From an uncultured delta proteobacterium (GTDB lineage Bacteria; Desulfobacterota; Binatia; UBA9968): a DNA stretch of 64,000 nucleotides. The notes under the pieces are model-generated. The model was given only the letters and a program-made list of their open reading frames with translations, had not been told where the DNA came from and ran no database searches. Positions 20,033 through 31,171 of the stretch are shown here, in pieces. Each line of letters begins with the position of its first letter. Position 1 is the stretch's first letter. The stretch lies in NCBI GenBank assembly GCA_963847445.1, contig CAWJZV010000030.1, positions 320,001 to 384,000 of the forward strand, written 5' to 3'. The position numbers and the translations under genes were made by a program.

Positions 20033-21329
20033 CATTTCTCCCGATGGAATAATAGGTAAATCCCAGTTTGCGCAAATCCGCCGGATCGTAGACATTGCGG
20101 CCATCGAAAATAACCGGATGGGTGAGCAGGTTTTTGACCCGAGTAAAATCCGGCCGGCGAAACTCATTCCACTCGGTGACGATCAGCAACGCCGCCGCGC
20201 CATGCAGCGCATCGTAGTTACGATGGGTATATTGAATGCGGTCGCCGAAGATTTTACGCGCTTCTTCCATCGCTTCGGGATCGAAGGCCTGCACCCGGGC
20301 GCCGGCGCCGAGCAGCGCTTCGATGAGGTTGATCGCCGGCGCATCGCGCATGTCGTCGGTGCGCGGCTTGAACGCCAACCCCCACACTGCGAAAGTCAGT
20401 CCAGCGAGTTTATCGCCGAAGTGGCGCCGGACTTTGTCGAACAGTAATTGCTTTTGCCGTTCGTTGACTTGTTCCACCGCCTTGAGCAGGACCATTTCCT
20501 GGCGCTCACCGCCCATGCCGATCATGGCGCGGGTATCCTTGGGAAAACAGGAACCGCCATAACCGGCGCCGGGGAAAATAAAATGCGGCCCGATGCGCCG
20601 GTCGAGGCTGATCGCCCGGCGCACCTCGCCGATGTCGGCGTTCATCGCCTCGCACAGCCGGGCGACTTCATTGATAAACGAGATCTTGGTCGCGAGCATG
20701 GCGTTGGCGGCGTACTTACTCATCTCCGCGCTGCGGCTGTCCATGATCAGGATGGGATTGCCGGTGCGGACAAAAGGCTCGTAGAGTTCGCGTAGTGTCG
20801 CCAGCGCCTGTGCATTATCGCCGCCCAAAACCACCCGGTCGGGCTTCATGAAATCTTCCACCGCTGCGCCCTCTTTCATGAACTCGGGGTTGGACGCGAC
20901 GGCAAACGGTTGGGTGGTTTCTTCACCGATCCACTGTTTGATCTGGTCCGCCGTGCCCACCGGGACGGTGCTCTTGGTGACGATGATCTTGAATGAATCG
21001 AGCGCTTTAGCGATGCCCTTGGCGGTCGCTTTGACGAATTCCAGATTGGCATGACCCGTCGGGCCTTGGGGCGTGCCGACGGCGATGAAAATGACATCCG
21101 ATTTCTGCACCGCGCTGGGCAGATCCGTGGTGAAGCTCAAGCGCTGATCTTCGGCATTGCGCCGCACCATCTCTTCCAATCCCGGCTCGTAGATCGGCAC
21201 CTTGCCGCCTTTCAGCATGTCGATTTTTTTTGCGTCGATATCGACACAGATCACGTCGTTGCCGCTCTCGGCCAGGCAAGTTCCCGCGACCAGACCGACA
21301 TAACCGGTTCCCACAACTGCCAATTTCAT
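20025..21329 (-). CDS. ugd: UDP-glucose 6-dehydrogenase
   Basis: [33 protein letters not shown]. Confidence 0.95.
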   Translation of the reverse strand: MKLAVVGTGYVGLVAGTCLAESGNDVICVDIDAKKIDMLKGGKVPIYEPGLEEMVRRNAEDQRLSFTTDLPSAVQKSDVIFIAVGTPQGPTGHANLEFVKATAKGIAKALDSFKIIVTKSTVPVGTADQIKQWIGEETTQPFAVASNPEFMKEGAAVEDFMKPDRVVLGGDNAQALATLRELYEPFVRTGNPILIMDSRSAEMSKYAANAMLATKISFINEVARLCEAMNADIGEVRRAISLDRRIGPHFIFPGAGYGGSCFPKDTRAMIGMGGERQEMVLLKAVEQVNERQKQLLFDKVRRHFGDKLAGLTFAVWGLAFKPRTDDMRDAPAINLIEALLGAGARVQAFDPEAMEEARKIFGDRIQYTHRNYDALHGAAALLIVTEWNEFRRPDFTRVKNLLTHPVIFDGRNVYDPADLRKLGFTYYSIGRNDG

Positions 21330-22279
21330 GCGCCAGTTCTCCCTTCGAGAATTTCGCCGACCACATAGACCGGGCGGTCCTGGGATTCATGATAGGTCCG
21401 CGCCAACATTTCACCCAATAAGCCCATTGTAACGAATTGAAAGCCAATGAAGATTAACAGTATGGCGAGCAACAGCAACGGACGGGCGCCAATATCCTGG
21501 CCGTAGAAAACCTTCTGCACCGTCAGATGCAGGCCGATGGCAAAGCCCGCCAGGCCGCTGCCGATGCCGATGGGCCCGAATACATGGGACGGCCGGGTCG
21601 AATAACTGCTTAAAAACTTTACCGTCAATAGATCCAGCACCACGCGCAACGTTCGCGTGATACCGTACTTCGACTGACCGCGCAGGCGTGGCCGGTGGTT
21701 AACCTTTAATTCGGCGATGCGCGCGCCGCGCTCGTAAGCGATGGCCGGAATAAACCGGTGCATTTCGCCGTACAGGCGCAAACTCTTCGCGACATCTTGG
21801 CGCAGCGCTTTCATAGTACAGCCGTAGTCATGGAGCTTCACATGGGTGGTCAACGAAATCAGCCGGTTGGCGATCATCGACGGCAACCGCCGGGTGAAAA
21901 ACGGGTCTTGACGATTATGCCGCCAGCCCGCCACCAGATCGTTGCCTTCGTCGAGCTTGGCCAGCAACGCGGGAATATCGGCGGGATCGTTCTGCGCATC
22001 GCCATCCATGAGGATCACAACATCGCCCTGGGCGTGGGCCAAACCGGCCGCCAGCGCCGCAGTTTGGCCGAAGTTGCGCTTGAGACCAATGACCTTGAGC
22101 TGCGGCACGCGTTGGTGAATCTGCCTTAGCTTGAGGAATGTTCCGTCCCTGCTGCCATCGTCGACAACCACGACTTCATAGCTTTTTCCCAACGCCGACA
22201 TTGCAGTTTTAATCTCGCCAATCAGCGGCTCGACGTTCTCTTCCTCGTTGTAGACCGGAATGACGACAGAAAGCTCCAT
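21326..22279 (-). CDS. GT2 glycosyltransferase, ArnC/DPM-synthase-like
   Basis: LSVVIPVYNEE, VDDGSRD, RNFGQTAAL, LYGEMHRFIP, two C-terminal TMs. Confidence 0.92.
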   Translation of the reverse strand: MELSVVIPVYNEEENVEPLIGEIKTAMSALGKSYEVVVVDDGSRDGTFLKLRQIHQRVPQLKVIGLKRNFGQTAALAAGLAHAQGDVVILMDGDAQNDPADIPALLAKLDEGNDLVAGWRHNRQDPFFTRRLPSMIANRLISLTTHVKLHDYGCTMKALRQDVAKSLRLYGEMHRFIPAIAYERGARIAELKVNHRPRLRGQSKYGITRTLRVVLDLLTVKFLSSYSTRPSHVFGPIGIGSGLAGFAIGLHLTVQKVFYGQDIGARPLLLLAILLIFIGFQFVTMGLLGEMLARTYHESQDRPVYVVGEILEGRTGA

Positions 22280-22283
22280 CGGC

Positions 22284-23189
22284 TCAAGAATGAAAATCGG
22301 TAAGCTCGATAAAACGTTGGTAGCGTTCTTCGATTGCCGGCAGTGAGACATCGATGAGTCTTTTGACGCCAAAGTCCTCGACGGTAAACGACGCCACCAC
22401 CGAGCCGTAGACGATCGCCCGGCGCAGGCCGCCCTGGCTCAAATCGCCAGTGCGGGCCAGTTGGCCCATCAGGCCGCCAGCAAAGGAATCGCCGGCGCCG
22501 GTGGGATCGAAGACTTCTTCCAAGGGATAGGCCGGCGTCGCAAAAATCGCGGAATCGGAGAATTGCAAAACCCCATACTCGCCGCGCTTGATCAAAACCA
22601 TCTTCGGGCCCATGCGCAGAATCGCCCGCGCCGCCTTGACGATATTATCGTAACCGCTCAGCAGACGCGCTTCGGAATCGTTCAGCACCAACATCTCGAC
22701 GCGCCGCAGGAGCTTTTTGAGATCAGCGTTGCTCTCGCGGATCCAGTAATCCATGGTGTCGCATACCAGGAGCTTCATGTGGCGAATCTGCTCGACCACT
22801 TCCATCTGTATGACCGGATCGATATTGCCGAGAAATACATACTCCGCGTCGCGATAACTTTCCGGCAGTTTCGGCTTGAAACCCGCTAAAACATTCAAGT
22901 GCAGTTCGATGGTATCGCGCTGATTGATGTCTTCATGATAGCGGCCGCGCCAATGAAAGGTATCGCCCTGCTCGCGCTCGATGCCGTCGATATCGATGCC
23001 GCGCTGGGTAAACAGGTCCAAGTGATCCTGGGGGAAATCCTGGCCGATAACGCCAACCATGCGCACCGCCGCGAAATAACTCGCGCCCAGGGCGAAATAG
23101 GACGCCGAGCCGCCGAGAATTCTCTCGACGGAACCCGCCGGCGCCTCAATGGAATCGAAAGCAACCGTGCCGACAACCAATACACTCAT
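22284..23189 (-). CDS. PfkB family carbohydrate/nucleoside kinase
   Basis: GGSASY, DPTGAGDSFAGG. Confidence 0.9.
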   Translation of the reverse strand: MSVLVVGTVAFDSIEAPAGSVERILGGSASYFALGASYFAAVRMVGVIGQDFPQDHLDLFTQRGIDIDGIEREQGDTFHWRGRYHEDINQRDTIELHLNVLAGFKPKLPESYRDAEYVFLGNIDPVIQMEVVEQIRHMKLLVCDTMDYWIRESNADLKKLLRRVEMLVLNDSEARLLSGYDNIVKAARAILRMGPKMVLIKRGEYGVLQFSDSAIFATPAYPLEEVFDPTGAGDSFAGGLMGQLARTGDLSQGGLRRAIVYGSVVASFTVEDFGVKRLIDVSLPAIEERYQRFIELTDFHS

Positions 23190-24046
23190 AGATATTTTCC
23201 TATAATGGGCCGCAAATCTTGCCGCAGTTTTTTAGCAATCGCCCGTCGATCGGTAATAATAGCATCCTTTAGCGCGCTCGCACAGCTGCAAAGGCGCGGC
23301 TCTGCCAGAGCGGCAAGCGCAGCGCCGATGGTGCGCCGCGCTAATGCAACATTATTATGCAATACGGCCAAGACCTGCTCGATTTCGACATCGCCGGCCT
23401 GCTCGTTCCAACAATCGTAGTCGGTGGCCAAGGCCAATGTGCCGAAACAGATCTCCGCTTCGCGGGCCAGCTTGGCTTCTTGCAAATTGGTCATGCCAAT
23501 CACATGCGCGCCCCAACTACGGTACAGATGCGACTCTGCCCGGGTCGAAAATTGCGGCCCTTCGATGCACAGGTAGGTTCCGCCGCGATGCACGGTGGCG
23601 CCCGCCTGCTCGGCCGATTGCACCAGAACCGCGGAGAGCTCTTGGCAAAATGGATCGGCCAGGCTGACATGGGCGGCCAGTCCCTTGCCAAAAAATGTAC
23701 TCGGCCGTTGGCTGGTGCGATCGATGAATTGATCGGGCACGACCAAATGGCCGGGAGCGATTTCCGCGCGCAGGCTGCCCACCGCGCTGACCGAGATAAT
23801 CCGCTCGACGCCCAACTTCTTCATGGCGAAAATATTCGCGCGAAAATTGACTTCCGTGGGCAGCCAGCGATGGCCTCTGCCGTGCCGCGGCAAAAACACC
23901 AGATCGATATTGCCGAGTTTGCCGCGCACGAGCTTGTCGGAGGGTTTGCCGAATGGCGTCGACACCGCCACTTCCCGTACCCCTTTGAGACCGTCCATCC
24001 GGTACAGCCCGCTGCCGCCGATCACGCCGACGATTGGAGGTTTCAT
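23186..24046 (-). CDS. mtnP: S-methyl-5'-thioadenosine phosphorylase
   Basis: GVIGGSG, FLPRHGRGH, EGPQFSTRAES, IGMT, TDYDCW; start at MKPPIV. Confidence 0.92.
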   Translation of the reverse strand: MKPPIVGVIGGSGLYRMDGLKGVREVAVSTPFGKPSDKLVRGKLGNIDLVFLPRHGRGHRWLPTEVNFRANIFAMKKLGVERIISVSAVGSLRAEIAPGHLVVPDQFIDRTSQRPSTFFGKGLAAHVSLADPFCQELSAVLVQSAEQAGATVHRGGTYLCIEGPQFSTRAESHLYRSWGAHVIGMTNLQEAKLAREAEICFGTLALATDYDCWNEQAGDVEIEQVLAVLHNNVALARRTIGAALAALAEPRLCSCASALKDAIITDRRAIAKKLRQDLRPIIGKYL

Positions 24047-24050
24047 GTAT

Positions 24051-25130
24051 CTAGTTTGCCGCGACCGGCGCAACGGAGACGAGCAATTCCCGTTGTACCT
24101 GCCCCTGGAGTTGGCCGCAGGCCGCCGCGATATCGTCGCCACGCGGCCGGCGCACGTTGACTTGCAGCTTATGATCGAAAAGAACTTGTTGAAAGCGCTT
24201 GACGGCCTCATCGCTGGGCCGATGAAATTCGCTGCCCGGATGGGGATTGAACGGAATCAAGTTCACCTTGCTCGGCACGCCGCGTAACAGCCGGCAGAGC
24301 GCGGCGGCGTCCGCCAGCGAATCGTTCACGCCGCCGAGCAAGACATACTCGAAGGTGATCCGTTTGCGCCGCGGCAACGGCAGATTGCGGCAACAGTCGA
24401 TCAGCTGCTCGAGCGAGTACTTGCGGTTGATCGGCATCAAGCGGCCACGCAATTCCTCGGTGGCGGCGTGCAAAGAAATCGCCAGCGTGACGTTGGTTTG
24501 TTCCATCAACTTTTCGATTTGCGGGACCAAGCCGACAGTCGACAAGGTGATTTTCCGCGGCGCGATTCCCAGCCCCCAGGAGGCGTCGACCATGATTTCG
24601 ATGGCACGCAAGGTCTGCGCATAGTTGGCCAAGGGCTCGCCCATTCCCATGACGACGATATTGGATATCCGCCGGTCGTCAGACAGCGTGCGGCCGGCTT
24701 CGAGAATCTGCTCAACGATCTCGCCGCACGTGAGATTGCGCTTAAAACCCAAAAGCGCGGTGGCGCAGAAGGCACAGCCATAAGCGCAACCAACCTGAGT
24801 GGAAATACACAGGGTTAAGCGATGCTTTTCAGGAATTAAAACGCTCTCGATGCTTTGACCGTCGGCCAGGCCAAAGAGGAATTTTACCGTGCCGTCCTGG
24901 GCGTCATGGCGGCGCAGGATCGCTAACCGGCCGATGGTAAAAGACTTGTCCAGCTGCTCGCGCAAGGCAGCCGGCAGGTTGGTCATGGCCGCGAAGTCGG
25001 TGACGTGCTCACGGAACAGCCACTGGCAGATTTGTTTGGCGCGATAGGCAGGCTGCTTGGCCGCGGCGAGAAATTCAGCGAACTCGCTCGCGCTCAAATC
25101 CTTGATATTGGGCTTCTCGTCTGCCTTCAC
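24051..25130 (-). CDS. rlmN: 23S rRNA m2A2503 radical SAM methyltransferase
   Basis: CISTQVGCAYGCAFC, MGMGEP, DIAAACGQL. Confidence 0.95.
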   Translation of the reverse strand: MKADEKPNIKDLSASEFAEFLAAAKQPAYRAKQICQWLFREHVTDFAAMTNLPAALREQLDKSFTIGRLAILRRHDAQDGTVKFLFGLADGQSIESVLIPEKHRLTLCISTQVGCAYGCAFCATALLGFKRNLTCGEIVEQILEAGRTLSDDRRISNIVVMGMGEPLANYAQTLRAIEIMVDASWGLGIAPRKITLSTVGLVPQIEKLMEQTNVTLAISLHAATEELRGRLMPINRKYSLEQLIDCCRNLPLPRRKRITFEYVLLGGVNDSLADAAALCRLLRGVPSKVNLIPFNPHPGSEFHRPSDEAVKRFQQVLFDHKLQVNVRRPRGDDIAAACGQLQGQVQRELLVSVAPVAAN

Positions 25131-25156
25131 GTCAAACCAGCCAATATGGCAAAACC

Positions 25157-25576
25157 TTAAAACAATTCTTCAGGTTTAAAATAAAAAGCGATTTCAGAGG
25201 CGGCAGTCTCCGGCGCGTCTGAACCATGCACCGCGTTCTTCTCGATATCCTGGCCAAACTCCTGGCGAATCGTCCCTGGAGCGGCTTTTGCCGGGTCCGT
25301 CGCGCCCATCACTTCGCGATTCTTGGTGATCGCGTTATCGCCTTCGAGCACCGATACGAAGATCGGTCCAGATGACATGTAGTCACACAAGCCCTGAAAA
25401 AACGGCCGCGCTTTATGCACGGCATAAAAAGCCTGGGCTTGCTCGGGTGAGAGGCGAATCAATTTGCCGCCGGCGATTCTTAGCCCGGCGCTTTCGAATT
25501 TTCTCAGGATCGCGCCGATCAGGTTGCGTGCCACCGCGTCAGGTTTAACGATCGATAAGGTTCTTTCCATAGCCAT
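25157..25576 (-). CDS. ndk: Nucleoside diphosphate kinase
   Basis: [17 protein letters not shown]. Confidence 0.97.
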   Translation of the reverse strand: MAMERTLSIVKPDAVARNLIGAILRKFESAGLRIAGGKLIRLSPEQAQAFYAVHKARPFFQGLCDYMSSGPIFVSVLEGDNAITKNREVMGATDPAKAAPGTIRQEFGQDIEKNAVHGSDAPETAASEIAFYFKPEELF

Positions 25577-25577
25577 A

Positions 25578-26450
25578 TTACTTTCCTAGTGCCTCCTGCA
25601 TTGAGCGACCGATTTCCGCCGGCGACGACGCCATGCGAATATTCGCTTGTTGCATCGCTGTGACTTTCTCCCTCGCCGTACCCTTGCCGCCGGAGATGAT
25701 CGCGCCGGCGTGGCCCATGCGTTTTCCAGACGGTGCCGTCTGGCCGGCGATAAATCCGGCCATGGGCTTTGTCATATGCGATTTAATCCACACCGCCGCT
25801 TCCTCTTCCGAGCTGCCGCCGATCTCACCGATCATCACCACCGCTTCGGTTGCCGGATCGTCGTTGAACAATTTCAAGACATCGACGAAGTCGAAACCAT
25901 GCACCGGATCGCCGCCGATGCCAACACAGGTCGATTGGCCCAGACCCAGGCGGGTCAGCTGGTCGACCGCTTCGTAGGTCAACGTGCCGCTGCGCGAGAC
26001 CACACCGATGCTCCCTGGGCGGTGAATATGGCCCGGCATGATGCCGATCTTGCACTCACCAGGGGTAATCGTCCCTGGACAATTGGGGCCAAGCAGCTGC
26101 GAGGTTCGGCCGGCGAGAAAGCGCTTGACCTTAACCATGTCGCGCACCGGCACACCCTCGGTGATACATATGATCAACGGGATGTTGGCATCGGCGGCTT
26201 CAAGAATCGCATCCGCGGCAAACGGCGGCGGCACATAAATGACCGTGGCATTGGCGCCGGTTTCACGCACCGCTTGGTCGACGGTATCGAAGATCGGAAT
26301 CCCCTCGTAGGCCGTGCCGCCCTTCCCCGGCGTCACTCCGGCGACCATTTGCGTGCCATACTCTTGGCACGCTTTGGTGTGAAACTGGCCGGTCGCGCCG
26401 GTGATGCCTTGGGTCAAAACCCGCGTGTTCTTGTTAACTAGAATGGCCAT
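25578..26450 (-). CDS. sucD: Succinyl-CoA synthetase alpha subunit
   Basis: [28 protein letters not shown]. Confidence 0.97.
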   Translation of the reverse strand: MAILVNKNTRVLTQGITGATGQFHTKACQEYGTQMVAGVTPGKGGTAYEGIPIFDTVDQAVRETGANATVIYVPPPFAADAILEAADANIPLIICITEGVPVRDMVKVKRFLAGRTSQLLGPNCPGTITPGECKIGIMPGHIHRPGSIGVVSRSGTLTYEAVDQLTRLGLGQSTCVGIGGDPVHGFDFVDVLKLFNDDPATEAVVMIGEIGGSSEEEAAVWIKSHMTKPMAGFIAGQTAPSGKRMGHAGAIISGGKGTAREKVTAMQQANIRMASSPAEIGRSMQEALGK

Positions 26451-26457
26451 GAATTTA

Positions 26458-26565
26458 TTTTGGATTTTCGCTTTTAGACTTTAGATTATCGGACAAATTC
26501 ACTAACGCCGTAAGCCTTTTCTCTACGTTTCCCTAATCCAAAATCGGCAATCCAAAATCCAAAAT
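26458..26565. repeat. Inverted heptamer arrays (TTTTGGA/TTTTAGA ... TCCAAAA)
   Basis: TTTTGGATTTTCGCTTTTAGACTTTAGAT and AATCCAAAATCGGCAATCCAAAATCCAAAAT between sucC and sucD. Confidence 0.75.
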
Positions 26566-27725
26566 TACTTGATTGCGTTGACGATTTTCTCCGCCGCTTC
26601 CGCCATGGTGTCCGCAGAAATGATGGTAAGCCCGGAATCGGCGAGAATTTTTCTTCCCTGCTCGACATTGGTCCCTTGCATGCGCACGACCAGCGGCACC
26701 TTGATGCTCAACTCCCTGGCGGCATCCACCACCCCCTGGGCCAACACATCGCAACGCATGATCCCGCCGAAAATATTGATCAGCACGCCCTTGACGCGCT
26801 CATCGGCGAGCAAGATGCGGAAGGCGTTGGCGACCTTCTCCTTGTCCGCGCCGCCGCCGACATCGAGAAAATTGGCCGGCTCGCCGCCATACACTTTGAC
26901 GATGTCCATGGTCGCCATCGCCAGGCCGGCGCCATTCACCATGCAAGCGATGTTGCCGTCGAGGGAAATATACGACAGATCGAACTTGCTCGCCTCCACT
27001 TCGCGCGGATCTTCTTCATCGGTATCGCGCAGAGCGAGGATATCCTTTTGGCGAAAGAAGGCGTTGCTGTCGAAGTTCATTTTTGCATCGAGGGCGAGCA
27101 CCTGGCCCTCTTTGGTGAGGATCAAAGGGTTGATCTCCGCCAGCGCTGCGTCACACTCATCAAAGGCGCGGTAGAGCCCCTGCATGGCGCCGATGAACTT
27201 ACCCGTGAGCGCGGCGGGAATCCCTAATGCAAAAGCGATGCGCCGGCACTGAAACGCCGCCAAACCGATCACCGGGTCGATGGTCTCTTTGAGGATTTTT
27301 TCCGGATGTTTTTCGGCGACCTCTTCGATCTCGACGCCACCCTCCGACGAACAAATGACGGTGACCCGGGATTGCGCGCGATCCAGCACCATGGCGAGAT
27401 ACAGCTCGCGGGCGATATTGAGCCCCTGTTCGACCAACACCCGGCGCACCAGACGGCCTTCTGGACCGGTTTGATGGGTCACCAGATTCTTGCCGAGCAT
27501 GTCACCGGCTCTTGCCGCGGCTTCGTCCGGGGTTTTGACGACCTTGACGCCGCCACCCTTACCACGGCCGCCGGCGTGAATCTGCGCTTTGACCACGCAG
27601 ACGCCGCCGCCGAGATCCTGGGCAGCCTGCTTCGCCTCTGCCGGCGTTGAGGCAACGATGCTGCGCGGCACGACTACGCCGAAACGCTTGAGGATTTCCT
27701 TGGCTTGGAATTCGTGAATATTCAT
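26565..27725 (-). CDS. sucC: Succinyl-CoA synthetase beta subunit
   Basis: [34 protein letters not shown]. Confidence 0.97.
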   Translation of the reverse strand: MNIHEFQAKEILKRFGVVVPRSIVASTPAEAKQAAQDLGGGVCVVKAQIHAGGRGKGGGVKVVKTPDEAAARAGDMLGKNLVTHQTGPEGRLVRRVLVEQGLNIARELYLAMVLDRAQSRVTVICSSEGGVEIEEVAEKHPEKILKETIDPVIGLAAFQCRRIAFALGIPAALTGKFIGAMQGLYRAFDECDAALAEINPLILTKEGQVLALDAKMNFDSNAFFRQKDILALRDTDEEDPREVEASKFDLSYISLDGNIACMVNGAGLAMATMDIVKVYGGEPANFLDVGGGADKEKVANAFRILLADERVKGVLINIFGGIMRCDVLAQGVVDAARELSIKVPLVVRMQGTNVEQGRKILADSGLTIISADTMAEAAEKIVNAIK

Positions 27726-27800
27726 GGCCGAAGATAGAGAAGGGAGAGAGACCGAGAGTTGGCCCGAGCTTATATCTCTGTCTCTATACTCTGTCTGTTG

Positions 27801-28745
27801 TTACGCCACGCTCAGAACGCGGTCCATCGCCTGAACGATATCCTTGACATGATTGAGCGATTCGTCGAAGGCCTTCTTATCTGCGGCGTTCAAACCGATG
27901 TCGATGATTTTCTCGACACCGCCGGCGCCGATCTGCACCGGCACACAGAAGTAATAACCGTTAACGCCATACTCCCCTTCCAACAATGCCGCGCACGGCA
28001 GCAGCTCTTTCTTGTCGAAGAGAAACGCCTCGGTCATTTGAATCGCCGCCGACGCCGGTGAAAAATAGGCCGAGCCGGTCTTCAATAGAGCGACGACTTC
28101 ACCGCCGGCATTGCGCACCCGCGCTTCGATTTCATCGAGACGCGCGCCGGAAATCAACTTCTCCACCGGCACGCCGCCGATACTGCACGAGCTGCGCACC
28201 GGCACCATATCGTCACCGTGGCCGCCCAACACCATCGCCTGAACGCTCTTGACCGAAACGTTCAGCTCTTTGGCGATGAACGACCGATAACGCGACGAAT
28301 CGAGAATCCCCGATTGGCCGACCACGCGGTTCTTGGGGAAACCGAGCTTGCGCTGCATCAAAGTCACCATCGCATCCAACGGGTTGGTGATGACGATGAC
28401 AAACGAATTCGCCGCATGGGTCTTGATGCCCTCGGCCACCGAGCTGAGAATCTTGCAGTTGGTGCCGAGCAGGTCGTCCCGGCTCATGCCCGGCTTGCGC
28501 GCGATACCGGCGGTGACGATACAGACATCGGCGCCGGCGATATCTTCATACTTGTTGGTGCCCATGACATTGCCGTCGAACCCTTCAACGGGACCGGCAT
28601 GCGAAAGGTCGAGGGCTTTACCTTGGGGCAAGCCGTCGACGACATCGAACAACACCACATCGCCCAATCCCTTGAGCAGCGCCAGGTGGGCCATCGAACC
28701 GCCGATGTTGCCGGCGCCAATTAAAGCAATCTTTTTCCTAGCCAC
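27801..28745 (-). CDS. mdh: Malate dehydrogenase (LDH-like)
   Basis: [23 protein letters not shown]. Confidence 0.96.
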   Translation of the reverse strand: MARKKIALIGAGNIGGSMAHLALLKGLGDVVLFDVVDGLPQGKALDLSHAGPVEGFDGNVMGTNKYEDIAGADVCIVTAGIARKPGMSRDDLLGTNCKILSSVAEGIKTHAANSFVIVITNPLDAMVTLMQRKLGFPKNRVVGQSGILDSSRYRSFIAKELNVSVKSVQAMVLGGHGDDMVPVRSSCSIGGVPVEKLISGARLDEIEARVRNAGGEVVALLKTGSAYFSPASAAIQMTEAFLFDKKELLPCAALLEGEYGVNGYYFCVPVQIGAGGVEKIIDIGLNAADKKAFDESLNHVKDIVQAMDRVLSVA

Positions 28746-28765
28746 AACTTTATCCTCTTCGAAAG

Positions 28766-30172
28766 TTACATATTGGCGATAATCGCGTCGCCGAATCCAG
28801 AGCAGGTAACGAGTTTCGAACCCGGCATAAGCCGCTCGAAATCGTAAGTCACGGTCTTGTTATCGACCGCCCCTTCGATGCCTTTGATGATCAAGTCAGC
28901 CGCTTCGCCCCACCCCATATAGCGGAGCATCATTTCGCCGGAGAGAATTACCGAACCTGGATTCACCTTATCGAGATCCGCATACTTCGGCGCCGTGCCG
29001 TGAGTCGCTTCGAACACCGCGTGGCCGGACTCGTAATTGATATTCGCGCCCGGGGCGATGCCGATGCCGCCGACCTGGGCCGCGAGGGCATCCGAGAGAT
29101 AATCGCCATTCAAGTTTAGCGTCGCGATGACATCGTAATCCTTGGGCCGGATGAGCACGAACTGTAGCGTCACGTCGGCGATGGAGTCTTTGAGCATCAG
29201 CTTGGACTTCCATTTACCGTCGCCGTGGGTCGGCCAGAGCTTGAGCGCTTCTTCGACTTCTTTCTTAATATCATTCTGTTGGTCCGGCGACATCATGTCA
29301 AAACCAGGATCGATCGCCTTGGCATTATCGGCAACACTGATATTCGGGTTTGCCTCTTTGTTACCCAAGATCCACGACTCGCGTTCGGCGATCACGTCGC
29401 CGCGAAATTCGCGCTTGGCGAGGGCATAGCCCCATTCCATGAATGAGCCCTCGGTGTATTTCATGATGTTGCCCTTATGGACAAAGTTAATATTCTTGCG
29501 CTTATTGACCAGCGCCCATTGAATTGCCGCGCGCACCAAGCGTTCGGTGCCCTCGACGGAAACCGGCTTCAAGCCAACGGATGCCGTGTCGGGAAAGCGA
29601 ATCTTGGCATATTCCTTGGGAAAATTTTCTTTGAGCAGCGATTTGAACTTGGCGTTGGCCTCGGTGCCGTTGGGAAACTCGATGCCCGTGTAAATGTCTT
29701 CGGTGTTTTCGCGAAAAACCACCATATCGACAAATTCAGGATGCTTCACCGGCGAAGGCACGCCTTTAAAATAACGCACGGGCCGCAGGCATACGTAAAG
29801 ATCGAGCAATTTTCGTAGACCGACGTTTAATGAAGTCATACCGCCGCCGATCGGTGTGGTCAGGGGCCCCTTGATGCCAACCAGAAATTCCGTAAAGGCC
29901 GGCACGGTTTCTTCGTGCAACCAACTGTTATACTGCTTAAACGACTTCTCACCGGCGTAGACTTCCATCCAGTGGATCTTCTTTTTGCCGCCGTACGCCT
30001 TCTGCACAGCCGAATCGAATACGCGCACCGACGCGCGCCAGATATCGCGCCCCGTGCCATCGCCTTCGATAAACGGAATGACCGGATTATCCGGGACCTG
30101 AAGTTTCTTGTTGGGCCCCATGGTGATCTTGGCGCCGCCAGCCGGAACTTTTACCACTTTGTAATCTGCCAT
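28766..30172 (-). CDS. icd: NADP-dependent isocitrate dehydrogenase
   Basis: [43 protein letters not shown]. Confidence 0.97.
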   Translation of the reverse strand: MADYKVVKVPAGGAKITMGPNKKLQVPDNPVIPFIEGDGTGRDIWRASVRVFDSAVQKAYGGKKKIHWMEVYAGEKSFKQYNSWLHEETVPAFTEFLVGIKGPLTTPIGGGMTSLNVGLRKLLDLYVCLRPVRYFKGVPSPVKHPEFVDMVVFRENTEDIYTGIEFPNGTEANAKFKSLLKENFPKEYAKIRFPDTASVGLKPVSVEGTERLVRAAIQWALVNKRKNINFVHKGNIMKYTEGSFMEWGYALAKREFRGDVIAERESWILGNKEANPNISVADNAKAIDPGFDMMSPDQQNDIKKEVEEALKLWPTHGDGKWKSKLMLKDSIADVTLQFVLIRPKDYDVIATLNLNGDYLSDALAAQVGGIGIAPGANINYESGHAVFEATHGTAPKYADLDKVNPGSVILSGEMMLRYMGWGEAADLIIKGIEGAVDNKTVTYDFERLMPGSKLVTCSGFGDAIIANM

Positions 30173-30187
30173 AATCTCCTCACGTGC

Positions 30188-30231
30188 AAAAAAAGCCTAA
30201 GAGCGTCGAGCGATTCCGCGCGCTTTAGGCT
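30188..30231 (-). terminator. Terminator-like hairpin + U7 in icd leader
   Basis: Minus strand AGCCTAAAGCG...CGCTCTTAGGCT then a T-run, ending ~16 nt before the icd ATG. Confidence 0.55.
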
Positions 30232-30262
30232 ATTTGCGTAATTCTAGATTTTGAACTGCTCG

Positions 30263-30291
30263 AAACTAACTGATTAACTATTGGGAGTCAA
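30263..30291 (-). promoter_or_regulatory. Sigma70-type promoter for icd operon
   Basis: TTGACT-N17-TAGTTT. Confidence 0.55.
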
Positions 30292-30300
30292 GGTGACTAA

Positions 30301-30975
30301 CTACTCGCTTTTCTTCTGCTCTAACCACTTTTCAAGTAACCGGCCGGCGACCTCGCGGCCACCTAAGCCGAAAGCCAAGGCAAGCGCCAAACAGGCGGCG
30401 CCAAACACCAAGATGAACGCCCAAATGACGATCTCCGAGGCGATATCGAGGATCTCGAAAATCCCGGCAACGACAAAAATCGTCGTACCGATATAGGTCG
30501 CCCGGCCGATGGATTCAGCGGCTTCCAAGCCGGCATTGGCGCAAGAAGTCCGCGTCACCGACTCGAGAAAATTGGCGAAGTAAAGTCCCAAAATCAACGT
30601 TACCAGGGCAGCGACGATCTTGGGGATGTAGAGATAGATGGTATGGAGCGTATCGGTGGCGCCGCTCAAATTGAGGGTCTCGAGCGTGGTAACGATGGCG
30701 ATCAGGAAGAGAAACCAAAACGCCAACAGGCCGACGATGTCCGATGCCGTCTGGCGCACGCCGCCCCGTTCGAGGATCCGCTTGATGCCGGAGCGTTCCG
30801 CCAGGGTATCGAACTGGCAGAGTTTCAACAGCCGGACGACCACCCGTTTAATCACGTTACAAACCACCCAACCGAGCAAGATAATCGCCACGGCGAACAG
30901 CAAGTTGGGTAGAAACACCGCTATCTTCGTAACGAATGCGTCCCAAAAGCCGGTGACCGTAACCACGGGATTCAT
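30301..30975 (-). CDS. CmpX-like / MscS N-terminal TM-helix repeat membrane protein
   Basis: FLPNLLFAV..., YIPKIVAAL, ALAFGLGGRE. Confidence 0.8.
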   Translation of the reverse strand: MNPVVTVTGFWDAFVTKIAVFLPNLLFAVAIILLGWVVCNVIKRVVVRLLKLCQFDTLAERSGIKRILERGGVRQTASDIVGLLAFWFLFLIAIVTTLETLNLSGATDTLHTIYLYIPKIVAALVTLILGLYFANFLESVTRTSCANAGLEAAESIGRATYIGTTIFVVAGIFEILDIASEIVIWAFILVFGAACLALALAFGLGGREVAGRLLEKWLEQKKSE

Positions 30976-31077
30976 TGATTCCTCCTATTTGACTGCCTAT
31001 TGATGCAGTATTTACATAGTGGTCTCCGCCTTAAAAAGTCAACCAAACGGCCGAAAGAAACAATATTATCTCGCTGC

Positions 31078-31106
31078 TTGAATCCAGCACTGGCGCTCAC
31101 TATAGT
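31078..31106 (+). promoter_or_regulatory. Sigma70-type promoter for ccm operon
   Basis: TTGAAT-N17-TATAGT. Confidence 0.6.
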
Positions 31107-31171
31107 CGAGCCGCTCGCAGCGCGAAGCGAATCTCGCCGGGCTTCGATGGATTGAAACTTGGGATCGACAC

